In this document: in pieces, positions 1 through 10,410 of the stretch | How positions within the stretch are numbered: position 1 is the stretch's first letter | How the letters are laid out: the number at the start of each line of letters is the position of its first letter | From: Escherichia phage FritzSarasin | DNA length: 51,777 bases | Reading direction: 5' to 3' (one strand) | Sequence record: MZ501069 | Notes under the pieces: generated by a model | What the model was told of the DNA's origin: nothing | Seen by the model: the letters and a program-made list of their open reading frames with translations, nothing else | Databases searched by the model: none | Position numbers and translations under genes: made by a program

Positions 1-528
1 ATGGCTAAAAATGTTGAGCCTGCTGTAAAGGCATTAAATTTCAAAGAGTTATACAATAAAACTTATGGCGATATTGTCACGCTAAATAACCGCCACAAGT
101 ACACGCCGGAACAGGTTTTTGATATGGCGATCCGCTATTTCACTTGGGCCGAAGAGAATCACATCCAGGCGGCTGAAACTGCTTCCTTTCAGGGTGACGT
201 GTACGAGAGCAGAGTTTACAAGCCTCGCGTTTTCACGGTTAACGGATTCAGCTTGTATCTCGGCGTTACTGAGGCTGCTGTAAGCAAATGGCGTAAAGAG
301 CCTGGATTCTGCGATGTGATGGAGTTTGTTGATAAAGTAATTTACGAGCAAAAATTCCAGCTTGCGGCAAATAACATGATTAACGCTGGATTTATCGGTA
401 AAGAGATCGGAGTGGAGAAGCCAGCAACAGTGAGCGTTGAAGCGAGCGCGGCAGCTAATGCAAGCATTGACGCAGTAACTGCCGATGAGGTGAAAGAGGC
501 TGTGATTGATATTCTGGAGCAACTTTAA
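1..528 (+). CDS. putative terminase small subunit
   Basis: 175-aa ORF at window start; stop overlaps start of large terminase (TAATG at 526-530); its RBS lies at the window end (AGGAGG 51766-51771). Assigned by position only. Confidence 0.5.
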   Translation: MAKNVEPAVKALNFKELYNKTYGDIVTLNNRHKYTPEQVFDMAIRYFTWAEENHIQAAETASFQGDVYESRVYKPRVFTVNGFSLYLGVTEAAVSKWRKEPGFCDVMEFVDKVIYEQKFQLAANNMINAGFIGKEIGVEKPATVSVEASAAANASIDAVTADEVKEAVIDILEQL

Positions 529-2096
529 TGATCATATGGGAAGATTTGACGGCGGCGCAAAAGCGAGCCATTAAAGAAATCAGTGAGCATTCATTCGAAA
601 AGATGATCAGAATCTGGTTCCAATTATTGCAGGGGCAAAAATTCCAGAGCAACTGGCATTTTAGCTTATTGTGCAGTGAGGTAGAGAAGATCATCAATGG
701 AGAGTCGCAGAATGTGATTTTCAACATTACGCCAGGTAGCGGCAAGACTGAGATTTTCTCGATCCACATGTCACCCTACGCGTCATTGAAAAGCCGGAAA
801 GTGAGAAACCTTAACCTTTCGTTTAGTGATGGCCTTGTCCAGCAAAACAGCAACCGGATAAAGGAGATTATCGGTTCTCCTGAGTGGCAAGAGCTATGGC
901 CTGGAAAACTGGCAAAGGCGAGCGCTAAAGATCTGATAGTCACCGAAGGCGGCAAGGTTAAATTGCAGGTTAACTCACGTTCTATTGGCGGCCAGGTAAC
1001 AGGTTTGCGTGGCGGCTATATGGATGATGGTTTTACTGGTATGCTGGTTCTTGACGATCCAGACAAGCCGGATGATATGCTTTCTAAGGTCAAGCGCGAG
1101 GCTATTCACATGCGGTTAAAAAACACAGTGCGATCGCGTCGAATGAAAGACACCACGCCAATTGTTATGGTGCAACAGCGACTACACGTTAATGATTCCA
1201 CCTGGTTCATGCTTAATGGCGGGATGGGTGGTATTGAGTTTAAAGTCGTGAGCATTCCGGCGCTGGTTACGAAAGAATACCGCGAAACGCTTCCTGATTG
1301 GTTGAAGCCTGAATTTGATCGTGATGTGCTGTCAAGTAAGCCAGTGATGATAGATGGCGTCGCTCATTATTCATTTTGGCCTGCGAAGGAAAGCGCGGAT
1401 GAGTTGCTTGCATTGCGCAATGCAGATCCTTACACGTTCGCCAGCCAATACCAACAGCAACCAATCGCGCTTGGCGGGAACGTGTTTAAAACAGAGTGGT
1501 TCCAGTATTACGGCAGCGGCGAAAAGTGCGCACTACCAAAACCGGATCGCTTTGAATACACATTTATTACTGGAGATACCGCGCAGAAGGCCGGAGAGCT
1601 TAACGACTATTCGGTTTTTTGTTATTGGGGGATGTATAAGAATCGCGTTTACTTCATTGATGGCATTCGCGGAAAGTGGGAAGCGCCGGATCTTGAATTA
1701 AATTTTATTGCCTTCGTTAACCAGTGCTGGAAGCGCAATAAGGAGTGTGGCAGCTTGCGACGTATCCACATTGAGGATAAGGCCAGCGGCACGGGTTTGA
1801 TTCAGGGGGCCAAAAAGAAGATCCCGATTGATATAAATCCCGTTCAGCGAAGCAATGACAAGGTAACGCGAGCAATGGACGCCGCGCCAGTGATGAGGGC
1901 CGGACGTGTGGCACTGCCAGAAAATCACCCCATGCTGCCTGAGATACTGGCAGAGGTTGCAGCATTCACTTTTGATGATTCTCATCCCCATGATGATATT
2001 GTCGATAATATAGTTGATGCTGTTAACGTCGAAATGAATTTGGCAGATGATCCGGTAGCAAGAATGAAAAAGCTGGCAGGTCTACGCAATAAATAG
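528..2096 (+). CDS. terminase large subunit
   Basis: 522 aa; Walker A-like GSGKT near N-terminus; size and position ahead of portal typical of TerL. Confidence 0.85.
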   Translation: MIIWEDLTAAQKRAIKEISEHSFEKMIRIWFQLLQGQKFQSNWHFSLLCSEVEKIINGESQNVIFNITPGSGKTEIFSIHMSPYASLKSRKVRNLNLSFSDGLVQQNSNRIKEIIGSPEWQELWPGKLAKASAKDLIVTEGGKVKLQVNSRSIGGQVTGLRGGYMDDGFTGMLVLDDPDKPDDMLSKVKREAIHMRLKNTVRSRRMKDTTPIVMVQQRLHVNDSTWFMLNGGMGGIEFKVVSIPALVTKEYRETLPDWLKPEFDRDVLSSKPVMIDGVAHYSFWPAKESADELLALRNADPYTFASQYQQQPIALGGNVFKTEWFQYYGSGEKCALPKPDRFEYTFITGDTAQKAGELNDYSVFCYWGMYKNRVYFIDGIRGKWEAPDLELNFIAFVNQCWKRNKECGSLRRIHIEDKASGTGLIQGAKKKIPIDINPVQRSNDKVTRAMDAAPVMRAGRVALPENHPMLPEILAEVAAFTFDDSHPHDDIVDNIVDAVNVEMNLADDPVARMKKLAGLRNK

Positions 2097-2112
2097 CACT
2101 AATTGCTAAAAA
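2092..2112 (+). promoter_or_regulatory. conserved promoter-module motif, variant copy (rightward)
   Basis: AATAGCACTAATTGCTAAAAA; followed by TATATAAT and a hairpin; portal ATG 75 nt downstream. Confidence 0.5.
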
Positions 2113-2125
2113 GTTATATAATCAA

Positions 2126-2150
2126 GGCTGGATTTTTCCAGCCTTTTTTA
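2126..2150 (+). terminator. rho-independent terminator-like hairpin
   Basis: GGCTGG-ATTTTT-CCAGCC followed by TTTTTTATT. Confidence 0.55.
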
Positions 2151-2166
2151 TTATGGAGATTTGACT

Positions 2167-3459
2167 ATGAGCGAAAAAACAAGGCTAGTTAAGGCCGATG
2201 GATACAACGAGATTTTCAAGGGTAGCAAGGGTAATGGGCGTGTGGAGTTGCCTTTCTTTATGCAAGGGTTCGAATACACCACGCACGCTGATTTTTACAT
2301 TCGCGACGGCCTAGCAAAAAGAATCATCGACGTTGTTCCAGAGGAAATGGTAACGCCTGGATTTAATATTGATGGCGTGGAAGATGAGGAAAGTTTCAGA
2401 TCTTTGTGGGATGAGAAGCGACTAAACGATAAAATCATTGATGCGCTTTGCTGGTCGCGTCTTTTTGGTGGCGCTGCAATCGTGGCAATCGTTCAGGATG
2501 GCAGGGCATTAAAGTCACCTGTAGCGCCTGGTGCAATCCTTGAAGATGTTCGCGTTTACGATCGCTTTCAGGTTCGCGTAGAAAAGCGCGAAACTAATCC
2601 ACGTAAGGTAAGATATGGCGAGCCGTTAATTTACACCATTTCACCTGGTGCGGACTTGCCAGAATATCAGGTTCACTATTCGCGAGTCTGTATTATCGAC
2701 GGTGAGCGGCTACCAAATCAGCGACGTCAATCAAATGATGGTTGGGGTGAGTCAATCCTGAATAAGCGATTGGTTGAGGCTATTTGTGATTACAACTACT
2801 GCGAAAACTTAGCAACTCAATTGTTGCGACGTAAGCAACAGGCGGTATGGAAGGCTAAAGGTCTTGCTGATCTTTGTGATGATGATGATGGTGTTAGCGC
2901 CGCACGTTTGCGCCTTGCTCAAGTTGATGATGAGGGTGGAGTAGGCCGTGCGATCGGCATTGATGCGGAAGATGAGGAATATGATGTTTTAAACTCTGAT
3001 ATTTCCGGCGTCGATTCATTCCTGGAAAAGAAGATGGATCGCATTGTATCTCTTTCCGGCATCCATGAAATCATCCTCAAAAACAAGAACGTTGGCGGTG
3101 TTAGTGCGAGCCAAAACACGGCGCTTGAAACCTTCTACAAGCTGATCGATAGAAAGAGAAAGGAGGAATACAAACCAATCCTTGAATTTCTGATCCCATT
3201 CCTGATTCAAGAGGAAGAATGGAGTATTCAGTTTGCGCCGTTAAGCGTTCCCAGCGAAAAGGACCAGGCCGAGATCTTGAACAAGAACATTGATTCTTTG
3301 AGCAAGGCTATTGACGGTCAATTCATGGATACAGAGGAGGCGCGCGACACATTGCGAGCCATTGCGCCTAACGTTAAACTAAAAGACGGCAATAACATTA
3401 AATTACCTGAGCAGGACGTAGAGCCGGAGCCAGGAACAACCGAGGGTAGCAATCAATGA
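2167..3459 (+). CDS. portal protein
   Basis: About 430 aa directly after TerL; GGAG RBS 8 nt upstream of ATG 2167 (track ORF starts at TTG 2161); acidic C-terminus. Confidence 0.7.
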   Translation: MSEKTRLVKADGYNEIFKGSKGNGRVELPFFMQGFEYTTHADFYIRDGLAKRIIDVVPEEMVTPGFNIDGVEDEESFRSLWDEKRLNDKIIDALCWSRLFGGAAIVAIVQDGRALKSPVAPGAILEDVRVYDRFQVRVEKRETNPRKVRYGEPLIYTISPGADLPEYQVHYSRVCIIDGERLPNQRRQSNDGWGESILNKRLVEAICDYNYCENLATQLLRRKQQAVWKAKGLADLCDDDDGVSAARLRLAQVDDEGGVGRAIGIDAEDEEYDVLNSDISGVDSFLEKKMDRIVSLSGIHEIILKNKNVGGVSASQNTALETFYKLIDRKRKEEYKPILEFLIPFLIQEEEWSIQFAPLSVPSEKDQAEILNKNIDSLSKAIDGQFMDTEEARDTLRAIAPNVKLKDGNNIKLPEQDVEPEPGTTEGSNQ

Positions 3460-4211
3460 TAGTGAAAGGCGTCGTTAAACAATGGCGCTTTCCTGAAGCA
3501 AGCGAGCGGCAATTGCGCCGCTCAATTCAGGAGGCGATAAGGGATCTTGTTGTGCTGATGCGCAGCAAAACAAAGGGGATGAAATTTGACGCGGACACCG
3601 AAGAAATCAACGCCGCAGAGGATGAGATTAGTAGCTTCGCGTTAAAGCTAATAGCTGGCATCGCCGCATCACTTCCGGCTATCGGCCTTGCTGTTTATAA
3701 ATTCAACGCAAAGCAATTTATTAACGTAGCGAAATCAACGGGAGGTAAGTCAAATTCAGCCGTTATCATCCTTATGGCTATTGGGGCCAATGCGAATGAG
3801 AGTTGGTATAGGACGCTATACGGTCAATGGCATGACATGACGATCGCATCTCTTCAAAAACTATTTGGAAACATCGTGTCTGACTGGTCAACCAATATTA
3901 GATCGGCAAACTTTCGCGGAATGAGAGATAGTCAGGTTAATGAATTGGCTGGTAAGAGATTTGCAGTGTATAGCTCTTGGGGTAAGACAAGGGCTGAAAA
4001 TATCATAGGCGCTTGGAATAGTAGACTCATGCGCCAGCGTCTTTATGATGCAAAAGTAACTCATTATTTTTGGCATGGTATGCTTGATGACAGAGAACGA
4101 TTGCAGCATGTACAATGGGAAGGTAAGCGCATTGCGCTAGATTCTGAACATGATTTTCCTGGTGAGCCTTTCGGTTGTCGTTGTTGGGCCATACCAGATT
4201 GGAACAGTTAA
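3456..4211 (+). CDS. head morphogenesis protein (Mu F / SPP1 gp7-like)
   Basis: 251 aa overlapping portal stop; C-terminal HYFWHGMLDDRER...CRCW motif block typical of F-like minor head proteins. Confidence 0.7.
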   Translation: MIVKGVVKQWRFPEASERQLRRSIQEAIRDLVVLMRSKTKGMKFDADTEEINAAEDEISSFALKLIAGIAASLPAIGLAVYKFNAKQFINVAKSTGGKSNSAVIILMAIGANANESWYRTLYGQWHDMTIASLQKLFGNIVSDWSTNIRSANFRGMRDSQVNELAGKRFAVYSSWGKTRAENIIGAWNSRLMRQRLYDAKVTHYFWHGMLDDRERLQHVQWEGKRIALDSEHDFPGEPFGCRCWAIPDWNS

Positions 4212-4221
4212 GAGGTGTTAA

Positions 4222-5337
4222 ATGAAGGCAAAACAAAGATTTGATAGCGCCAAAGTAAAGGCGCACTTTGATGATAACGGGTTTTTAGTTGATCGCCCTA
4301 TCGTGGCGCGAATTGGTTTACAAGTCTATCAGACTCCTTTCGGTGAGCGCAGAGAATTTCGTCCGGCGTCCGAAGTATTCAAGGCCGACTCACTCGCCAC
4401 CTTCGCAGGGAAGCCAGTCACGGTTGGTCACGTTACGGTAACTCCAGAAAACGCCGAAAAGGTTGTGGTTGGTTCTTGTGCTGGCGCTGGTGTGCCGAAC
4501 GGGATCGGCGTAGAGGTTCCGTTAAGCATTTACTCAAAACGAGCAATCGAAAGCGCGAAGAAGCGAGACACGGCTGAAATTTCAGTTGGTTACACATCGG
4601 TTGATATTGATAAACCAGGCTGGGGAAATAATAAAACTGGTGAGTACGTTTTCGATGAGGATGTTAGCGAAGACTGGAAACCTGACTCTCCTGATTGGGT
4701 TAAGTTTGATGCAATCCAGACTGAAATCAAGGTAAACCACATCGCTTTAGTTTTCCGAGGTCGAGCCGGTATTGCAAAATTAAACCTTGATAGCCAGCAA
4801 GATTTTCCGTATAGTGACGACGTTATTAACAACAAAGAGGATCAAATCATGACTGTAAAAATTAAACTGGATGGCGCTGTAGAATTTGATGTGCCGAAAG
4901 CAGTTGCGGATCACATTGAAACGCTTAAAGCTGATGCCAAAGCACAGAAAGAAAAGGCGGATGGCCTGGAAGCTGAGCGCGATGCGCTGCAAACCAAAGT
5001 AGATGGCATTCAGGATCAGATTGATGCCGCAGTCAAGAAGGCCAAAGAAGATGCCGAGCAATATGCTCAATTAGTGGCAGACGCCAAAGAGTTAGGCATC
5101 AAGTGCGACGGCCTGGATGCGAAAGCAATCAAGGTTGCATACATCAAAGAAGTTATGGGCAATGACGTTTCCGATAAAACTGATGCCTATATCGAAACAG
5201 CTTTCGACATCGCCAAAAACTCTGATAAAATGGCGGCGCAGCGTAAGAGCATTAAGGGTGACTCTTTCGCGAATGAAAAACAGGATGAAGCAGGTTCTAA
5301 GCTGAATCCTAACGCTCGTTTTGAGAAACTGAAATAA
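4222..5337 (+). CDS. putative scaffolding/prohead protein
   Basis: 371 aa; C-terminal half rich in K/E/A/D coiled-coil-like sequence; position between head morphogenesis and capsid genes. Confidence 0.45.
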   Translation: MKAKQRFDSAKVKAHFDDNGFLVDRPIVARIGLQVYQTPFGERREFRPASEVFKADSLATFAGKPVTVGHVTVTPENAEKVVVGSCAGAGVPNGIGVEVPLSIYSKRAIESAKKRDTAEISVGYTSVDIDKPGWGNNKTGEYVFDEDVSEDWKPDSPDWVKFDAIQTEIKVNHIALVFRGRAGIAKLNLDSQQDFPYSDDVINNKEDQIMTVKIKLDGAVEFDVPKAVADHIETLKADAKAQKEKADGLEAERDALQTKVDGIQDQIDAAVKKAKEDAEQYAQLVADAKELGIKCDGLDAKAIKVAYIKEVMGNDVSDKTDAYIETAFDIAKNSDKMAAQRKSIKGDSFANEKQDEAGSKLNPNARFEKLK

Positions 5338-5349
5338 GGAGTAATTAAA

Positions 5350-5859
5350 ATGGCTAAAATTGGAGCAAGTTATTTTGACACTATGGCGCGTGCGCTTCCT
5401 GGTCAGGTATCCGACACGTCAGCATATAACATCGACGGCGCTTGCGTTCTTGACAAGGAAGACGGCATCCCAATCCTGGTTGGCGTGGCTGTTAAGCTAA
5501 AAGGCGTTGACTCAATGGGTAATAAGCTGATCGACGCTATTTCTGGTGGTGGTGATGTTCCTTATGGCGTTGGCGTTCGTTCGCACTTTCAAACTACGGC
5601 TGATAATGGTCGAATGGTTTATGAGGCTGGCGGCGGAATCAACGTTATGACTGAGGGCCGTGTCTGGATGATTGGCGATGATTCCGATAAAAGCAAAAAG
5701 CCAGAATATCGTGAGCCTGTAAAAATTGATGAAAACTCTGGCAAGGTGAAAAGTGCTGGCGCTATCAATACAAACTGGGTTTACACTGGCGATAAAACCA
5801 CTTTTGGAACTGGCAATAATATGTTGACTTTGTTTGAAGTTCAGGTCTTCCCAAGCTAA
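5350..5859 (+). CDS. putative capsid structural/decoration protein (paralog A)
   Basis: 169 aa; shares YNIDG, AGVA and WxxTGD blocks with the next ORF. Confidence 0.5.
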   Translation: MAKIGASYFDTMARALPGQVSDTSAYNIDGACVLDKEDGIPILVGVAVKLKGVDSMGNKLIDAISGGGDVPYGVGVRSHFQTTADNGRMVYEAGGGINVMTEGRVWMIGDDSDKSKKPEYREPVKIDENSGKVKSAGAINTNWVYTGDKTTFGTGNNMLTLFEVQVFPS

Positions 5860-5864
5860 AATCA

Positions 5865-5890
5865 AGGCGCTCGCTTGAGCGCCTTTTTTA
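5865..5890 (+). terminator. rho-independent terminator-like hairpin
   Basis: AGGCGCTC-GCTT-GAGCGCCT followed by TTTTTTATT. Confidence 0.6.
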
Positions 5891-5909
5891 TTATGTAAGG
5901 AGAAATGAA

Positions 5910-6692
5910 ATGGCTAAAGATTATTCATCTGTTATGGGTCTTTCTTGCCCTGGTTGTTTGGTTGATTCTACTCGCTACAATATTGATGGTACTGGCGTTT
6001 GTGGTTCTGAATCGATCATTGCTGGTAAGGTTGTTTTCTTTAAGGAGAGAATCGACGGCTACAACATATTTGTTGACCACAAAGAGGGTGGTGCTGTGGT
6101 TGCGGGTGTTGCGCTAAGAAGCAACATAACAACGACAGTTAACGAGGAAGACGGGTATTCCGACTACAAGGAAGGAGACGCCATCAACATTTTGACAAGA
6201 GGTGTTGTATGGTGTGTAACTCAAACAATTGAATCTCCCCCTGAGCATGGGGATCTTGTTTATGTTAACAATGATGGTTTTGTAGCAAAGAGTGATGGCG
6301 ATGAAATCGTCGATGGCTGGATTTTTACTGGTGACTTCTACAAGTTTGATGAAACAATAAACATAGTCGGAGTCAGAATAACGCCGCTTTATCATAGAAA
6401 ATATCTTCTCACTGGTGCGATCATTGAGGCTGAAAATGGATACATAGAGGGAACAGAGACGATCAATAACGTTCAATTAAAGGTAACAGTTGTTCCAACT
6501 TGGGCTGATGACAAAACGGGTCAGTGGACAATTACAAATCCACAAGATCCAAGTGTTGCCAGTGTTAGCCGCACAGGTCTTGTTGTTCCTACTGGTGTAG
6601 GAGGTAGAGTTAACGTCAACTGGACTGCTAATGATGGTTCTGGAGTTGCTGACCAGTTTGATATTGTATTTACGAAAACCGCTGGCGAATAA
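5910..6692 (+). CDS. putative capsid decoration protein (paralog B) with Ig-like C-terminal extension
   Basis: 260 aa; N-terminal 150 aa paralogous to 5350-5859; C-terminal beta-rich region (VTVVPTWADD...VNVNWTANDG) resembles Ig-like domains. Confidence 0.5.
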   Translation: MAKDYSSVMGLSCPGCLVDSTRYNIDGTGVCGSESIIAGKVVFFKERIDGYNIFVDHKEGGAVVAGVALRSNITTTVNEEDGYSDYKEGDAINILTRGVVWCVTQTIESPPEHGDLVYVNNDGFVAKSDGDEIVDGWIFTGDFYKFDETINIVGVRITPLYHRKYLLTGAIIEAENGYIEGTETINNVQLKVTVVPTWADDKTGQWTITNPQDPSVASVSRTGLVVPTGVGGRVNVNWTANDGSGVADQFDIVFTKTAGE

Positions 6693-6717
6693 CTAATAGC
6701 ATAAAAAAACATTGCAC

Positions 6718-6736
6718 GTTTAACAAAAAGTGCTAT
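6718..6736 (-). promoter_or_regulatory. conserved motif copy, reverse orientation, upstream of capsid gene
   Basis: GTTTAACAAAAAGTGCTAT; pairs with partial AATAGCATAAAAAAAC at 6695-6710 as an inverted repeat. Confidence 0.45.
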
Positions 6737-6742
6737 CATCTA

Positions 6743-6769
6743 GGCCGTTACATTTAACGGCCTTTTTTA
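6743..6769 (+). terminator. rho-independent terminator-like hairpin
   Basis: GGCCGTTA-CATT-TAACGGCC followed by TTTTTTAT. Confidence 0.6.
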
Positions 6770-6782
6770 TGGAGGAAACAAA

Positions 6783-7754
6783 ATGGCTAAAAAATATGAT
6801 GAACTAGATGCTACGATTGTAGCGAATCATTTGCAGATTCAGGGTGTTAAGACCGACGCTTCTGATATGGGTATTTGGACCGCTCAAGAGCTACACAAGA
6901 TCCGCTCTACCGCATACGAGAAAGAGTATCCGGCAGGTTCCGCGCTTCGCGTATTCCCTGTAACAAACGAGCTTTCTGATACTGACAAGACTTTCGAATA
7001 TCAGACTTTTGATAAGGTTGGCTACGCGAAAATTATCGCCGACTACACCGATGATCTGCCGACTGTGGACGCGTTGATGACTTCTGAGTTTGGCAAAGTG
7101 TTCCGCCTGGGTAACGCTTATCTGATCTCCATTGATGAGATTAAAGCAGGTCAGCGAACTGGCAAGAGCCTGTCAACTCGCAAGGCTAACGCTGCGCAAA
7201 ATGCGCATGATCAGTTGATTAACTTCCTGGTGTTCAAAGGTTCCAAGCCTCATAAGATCGTTTCCGTTTTCGATCATCCTAACCTTACGAAAATTGCATC
7301 CAAAGGCTGGATGAGCAATGACGGCAATACCAAGTTCCCGCAGGTAGCAAGCGATGAACTGGAGGCCGCAATCGAAACGATCGAGGAAGTAACCAAAGGT
7401 CAGCACCGCGCGACCAATATCCTGATCCCGCCGTCCATGCGCAAAGTCCTGACGGTTCGAATGGAAAATACCACTGAAAGTTATCTGGAATACTTCCAGA
7501 AGCAAAACGGCGGTATCACTATCGACTCTATCGCAGAGCTTGAGGATATTGACGGCAAAGGTACGAAAGGTTGCTTGGTTTACGAAAAAGATCCAATGAA
7601 CATGAGCATTGAGATTCCAGAAGCGTTTAACATGCTTCCGGCGCAGCCAAAAGACCTACATTTCAAGGTTCCTTGCACTTCCAAGTGTACTGGCCTTACG
7701 ATTTATCGTCCGTTTACGATGGTGCTCATTACCGGCTTGAAAAAAGCTGAGTAA
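6783..7754 (+). CDS. major capsid protein
   Basis: 323 aa; strong RBS GGAGG; position and size typical of a siphovirus major capsid protein. Confidence 0.6.
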   Translation: MAKKYDELDATIVANHLQIQGVKTDASDMGIWTAQELHKIRSTAYEKEYPAGSALRVFPVTNELSDTDKTFEYQTFDKVGYAKIIADYTDDLPTVDALMTSEFGKVFRLGNAYLISIDEIKAGQRTGKSLSTRKANAAQNAHDQLINFLVFKGSKPHKIVSVFDHPNLTKIASKGWMSNDGNTKFPQVASDELEAAIETIEEVTKGQHRATNILIPPSMRKVLTVRMENTTESYLEYFQKQNGGITIDSIAELEDIDGKGTKGCLVYEKDPMNMSIEIPEAFNMLPAQPKDLHFKVPCTSKCTGLTIYRPFTMVLITGLKKAE

Positions 7755-7765
7755 TTAGATAACAT

Positions 7766-7794
7766 GGGGAGCCTTAAGGGTTCCCCTTTTTTTT
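7766..7794 (+). terminator. rho-independent terminator
   Basis: GGGGAGCCTTAAGGGTTCCCC followed by TTTTTTTT. Confidence 0.65.
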
Positions 7795-7812
7795 ATTTAT
7801 GGAGTGCATAAA

Positions 7813-8079
7813 ATGAGCAAAAATTTAAAACTTAAAGTAACTGGCGTTTGCATGATTATTATTGACGGTAAGCGTTATCATCCTGGTGATGAAATTGAAA
7901 TTGAATCTGAACGCATTAATGATTCCGCAATTGAATACCTGATCGCTCGCGGTGATGTGGAAGTTAAAGACAATTCCGAAATTAACGAGCAAATCAAGGC
8001 GAAAGCGGAGAAGAAGCGCAAAAAAGATCCTACCGAGGGCAAGAGCCGCAAAGAGCTAGAGGACGGCGGCGAATATTAA
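7813..8079 (+). CDS. hypothetical protein (head region)
   Basis: ATG 7813 with GGAG 8 nt upstream; 88 aa; K/E-rich C-terminus. Confidence 0.5.
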   Translation: MSKNLKLKVTGVCMIIIDGKRYHPGDEIEIESERINDSAIEYLIARGDVEVKDNSEINEQIKAKAEKKRKKDPTEGKSRKELEDGGEY

Positions 8080-8125
8080 TAATTGGGGCGCTTATGCGCC
8101 CTTTGTCACATCTGGAGAAAACAAA

Positions 8126-8545
8126 ATGGTAGATGAATTTTACACAGACGCTGAAATCATGCAGCAAATCGTAAAGTTAGCGCCGCCAATGCAACAAGTT
8201 GATCCCGATTTAATTGTGGCATGGATTGAGCTTGCTAAAGAGTTTGTTTGCAAAAAGCGGTTTAAAAACTCATACCCGAAAGCGGTTGCGCTTTACACTC
8301 TTCACCTTATGACCTTAGACGGGGCAATGAAACAGGATGGTGAAAGCGTAGAAAGCTATTCCCGCCGCGTCGCCTCGTTCACTCTGACTGGTGAGTTTAG
8401 TCAGACGTTTGATCGAATCTCTTCCGATACAAGCGGAAAGCAGATCCGACAAACGCCGTGGGGCAAAATGTACGAAGTGTTAAACCGTAAGCACGGTGGC
8501 GGTTTTGGCCTTGTAACTGGATTGCGCCGGAGATGTTGCCGATGA
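8126..8545 (+). CDS. putative head-tail connector protein
   Basis: 139 aa with RBS; position between capsid and tail genes. Confidence 0.4.
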   Translation: MVDEFYTDAEIMQQIVKLAPPMQQVDPDLIVAWIELAKEFVCKKRFKNSYPKAVALYTLHLMTLDGAMKQDGESVESYSRRVASFTLTGEFSQTFDRISSDTSGKQIRQTPWGKMYEVLNRKHGGGFGLVTGLRRRCCR

Positions 8546-8913
8546 ACTACAATGAGATTGCAAGAATGGCTACGGCTGGGATTAACTTTTTCAGCGACGC
8601 TAACGGTATGTTTAAGTGCATCACGCAGCAGGGTGGAGTTGAGATTATCGGCGGAGAGGAAGTTACCAAGCCGGAGATTTCAGTGATGATAAAGGGGCTT
8701 GTTAGATCCCCTAGAACTAGAGAGGTTGACGGTGAAACAATCCGAGTAACCGACAAGTTGGGGATATTCACCAATGAAACTGAGATCAAAAATGGTTATC
8801 AGATTGAAATTGATGGCGAACGTTATGTTGTCGTTGAAGCAAGACCAGTCAGGCAGACTAACATCACGGCGGCTTATCGTCCGATATTAAGGAGGATTGC
8901 TGTGCATGGCTGA
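8533..8913 (+). CDS. putative head-tail adaptor protein
   Basis: 126 aa, overlaps previous gene; positional call. Confidence 0.4.
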   Translation: MLPMNYNEIARMATAGINFFSDANGMFKCITQQGGVEIIGGEEVTKPEISVMIKGLVRSPRTREVDGETIRVTDKLGIFTNETEIKNGYQIEIDGERYVVVEARPVRQTNITAAYRPILRRIAVHG

Positions 8914-9349
8914 TAACTATAAGATCAGGGAATTTCACGGTGATATAAGCAGGTGGATTGATTCAGTAAGCAGCGGCCTTGTTGATTGCGTTGAAATGTT
9001 CGCGACAAACGTCCACGAGGATCTTGTAAATCGCTCGCCAGTTGATACGGGCCGATATAAAGCCAACTGGCAGATAACAGCAAACAAGCCGCCGCTATAT
9101 GCGCTCAACCAATACGATCGCGATGGTAGTAAAACCATTGCAGAAGGCAAGCGAGCAATATATGCAATCATGCGTGGCGGTGGCGCGGTGCGGTCAATCT
9201 ATTTTTCAAACATGCTCATTTACGCCAACGCGCTTGAATACGGTCATTCAAAACAAGCGCCGTCCGGCGTACTTGGAATCGTGGCGGTAAAGCTGCGATC
9301 TTATATGGCTAAGGCAATAAAGGATTCGAGGGCAAAAAATGCACTATGA
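8906..9349 (+). CDS. putative tail completion protein
   Basis: ATG 8906 preceded by AGGAGG 8891-8896; 147 aa; positional call. Confidence 0.4.
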   Translation: MADNYKIREFHGDISRWIDSVSSGLVDCVEMFATNVHEDLVNRSPVDTGRYKANWQITANKPPLYALNQYDRDGSKTIAEGKRAIYAIMRGGGAVRSIYFSNMLIYANALEYGHSKQAPSGVLGIVAVKLRSYMAKAIKDSRAKNAL

Positions 9350-9740
9350 TTTAATGTTGGCGGCAAGAAAGGCGCTGGCGGCTGAATATGAATCACGATT
9401 TAAGATAGCATATGAAAACGTTGATTTTGTGCCGCCTGGAGATGGTTCTATGTGGTTAAAATTTGACTACATGGAAGCAGACACGGATCGCATATCTCTT
9501 GATAGAAAATGTGTTTCTTATATCGGTTTGGTTCAGGTTGGAATTGTCATTCCTCCTGGCGGCGGCACTGATAAAGCGCGTTTGCTGGCTAAAGAGATTG
9601 CGAGATTTTTCTATGATGGTAGAATGATTGAAACTGGCTATATTAGCGAGGGGGCAAACGTCCACACATTACTAAAAAGTGAAACAGGTTGGTTATTGCC
9701 GATCCGTTTCAGTGTTAGGCTTGATACAAAGGAGGAATAA
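9339..9740 (+). CDS. putative tail terminator protein
   Basis: 133 aa immediately upstream of the major tail gene; positional call. Confidence 0.4.
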   Translation: MHYDLMLAARKALAAEYESRFKIAYENVDFVPPGDGSMWLKFDYMEADTDRISLDRKCVSYIGLVQVGIVIPPGGGTDKARLLAKEIARFFYDGRMIETGYISEGANVHTLLKSETGWLLPIRFSVRLDTKEE

Positions 9741-9742
9741 TC

Positions 9743-10405
9743 ATGCACTTGCCTAATGGTTCTCAAATTTTCATCGGCGTTAATATGGGTGAGCCTATTA
9801 GCGCTACTCAAATCAGCAATGCTGATGATCCTGTTTTTACGACTGCAAACACTCAAAGCATCAAAAAAGGCGCTTATGTTCTTATTGAAACATCTTCTTG
9901 GGGTAAACTTGTTAGTCGCGTGCTTCGAGTTAAGGAAGTTTCAGATAATGCAAGTGTTACTCTTGAAGGTGTTAGCACTAAAGATACAAACGTATTTCCA
10001 GAAGGAGAGAACACAGCAACTTTCCGAGAGGTGAAATCTTGGGTAGAGATTCCTTGCGTACAGGATCTTGCGCAGGACGGCGGCGAACAACAGTATTACA
10101 CTTATCAGTGTTTGGCTGATGACCAGGAGCAGCAGTTACCGACCTATAAGAGCGCCGTTTCTCTTACCTACACTTTCGCGCATGAATATGATAACCCGAT
10201 TTATCCGATCTTGCGCGAGGCTGAGGAATCCGGCGACGTAACCGCTTTGCGTATGTACGTTCCGAAAGCTAAAGAGATGCGTTGCTGGGCTGGCGTATTG
10301 TCATTTAATGACATTCCGCAAACCACTATGAACGAAATGGAAACTGTTTCCCTTTCCGTATCTCTGAAAGGTCGATTTACGTTCTTATCTTCCGACATCA
10401 ATTAA
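9743..10405 (+). CDS. putative major tail protein
   Basis: 220 aa; strong RBS AAGGAGG; immediately before the G/G-T chaperone pair and tape measure, as in lambda-like tails. Confidence 0.55.
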   Translation: MHLPNGSQIFIGVNMGEPISATQISNADDPVFTTANTQSIKKGAYVLIETSSWGKLVSRVLRVKEVSDNASVTLEGVSTKDTNVFPEGENTATFREVKSWVEIPCVQDLAQDGGEQQYYTYQCLADDQEQQLPTYKSAVSLTYTFAHEYDNPIYPILREAEESGDVTALRMYVPKAKEMRCWAGVLSFNDIPQTTMNEMETVSLSVSLKGRFTFLSSDIN

Positions 10406-10410
10406 AACAA

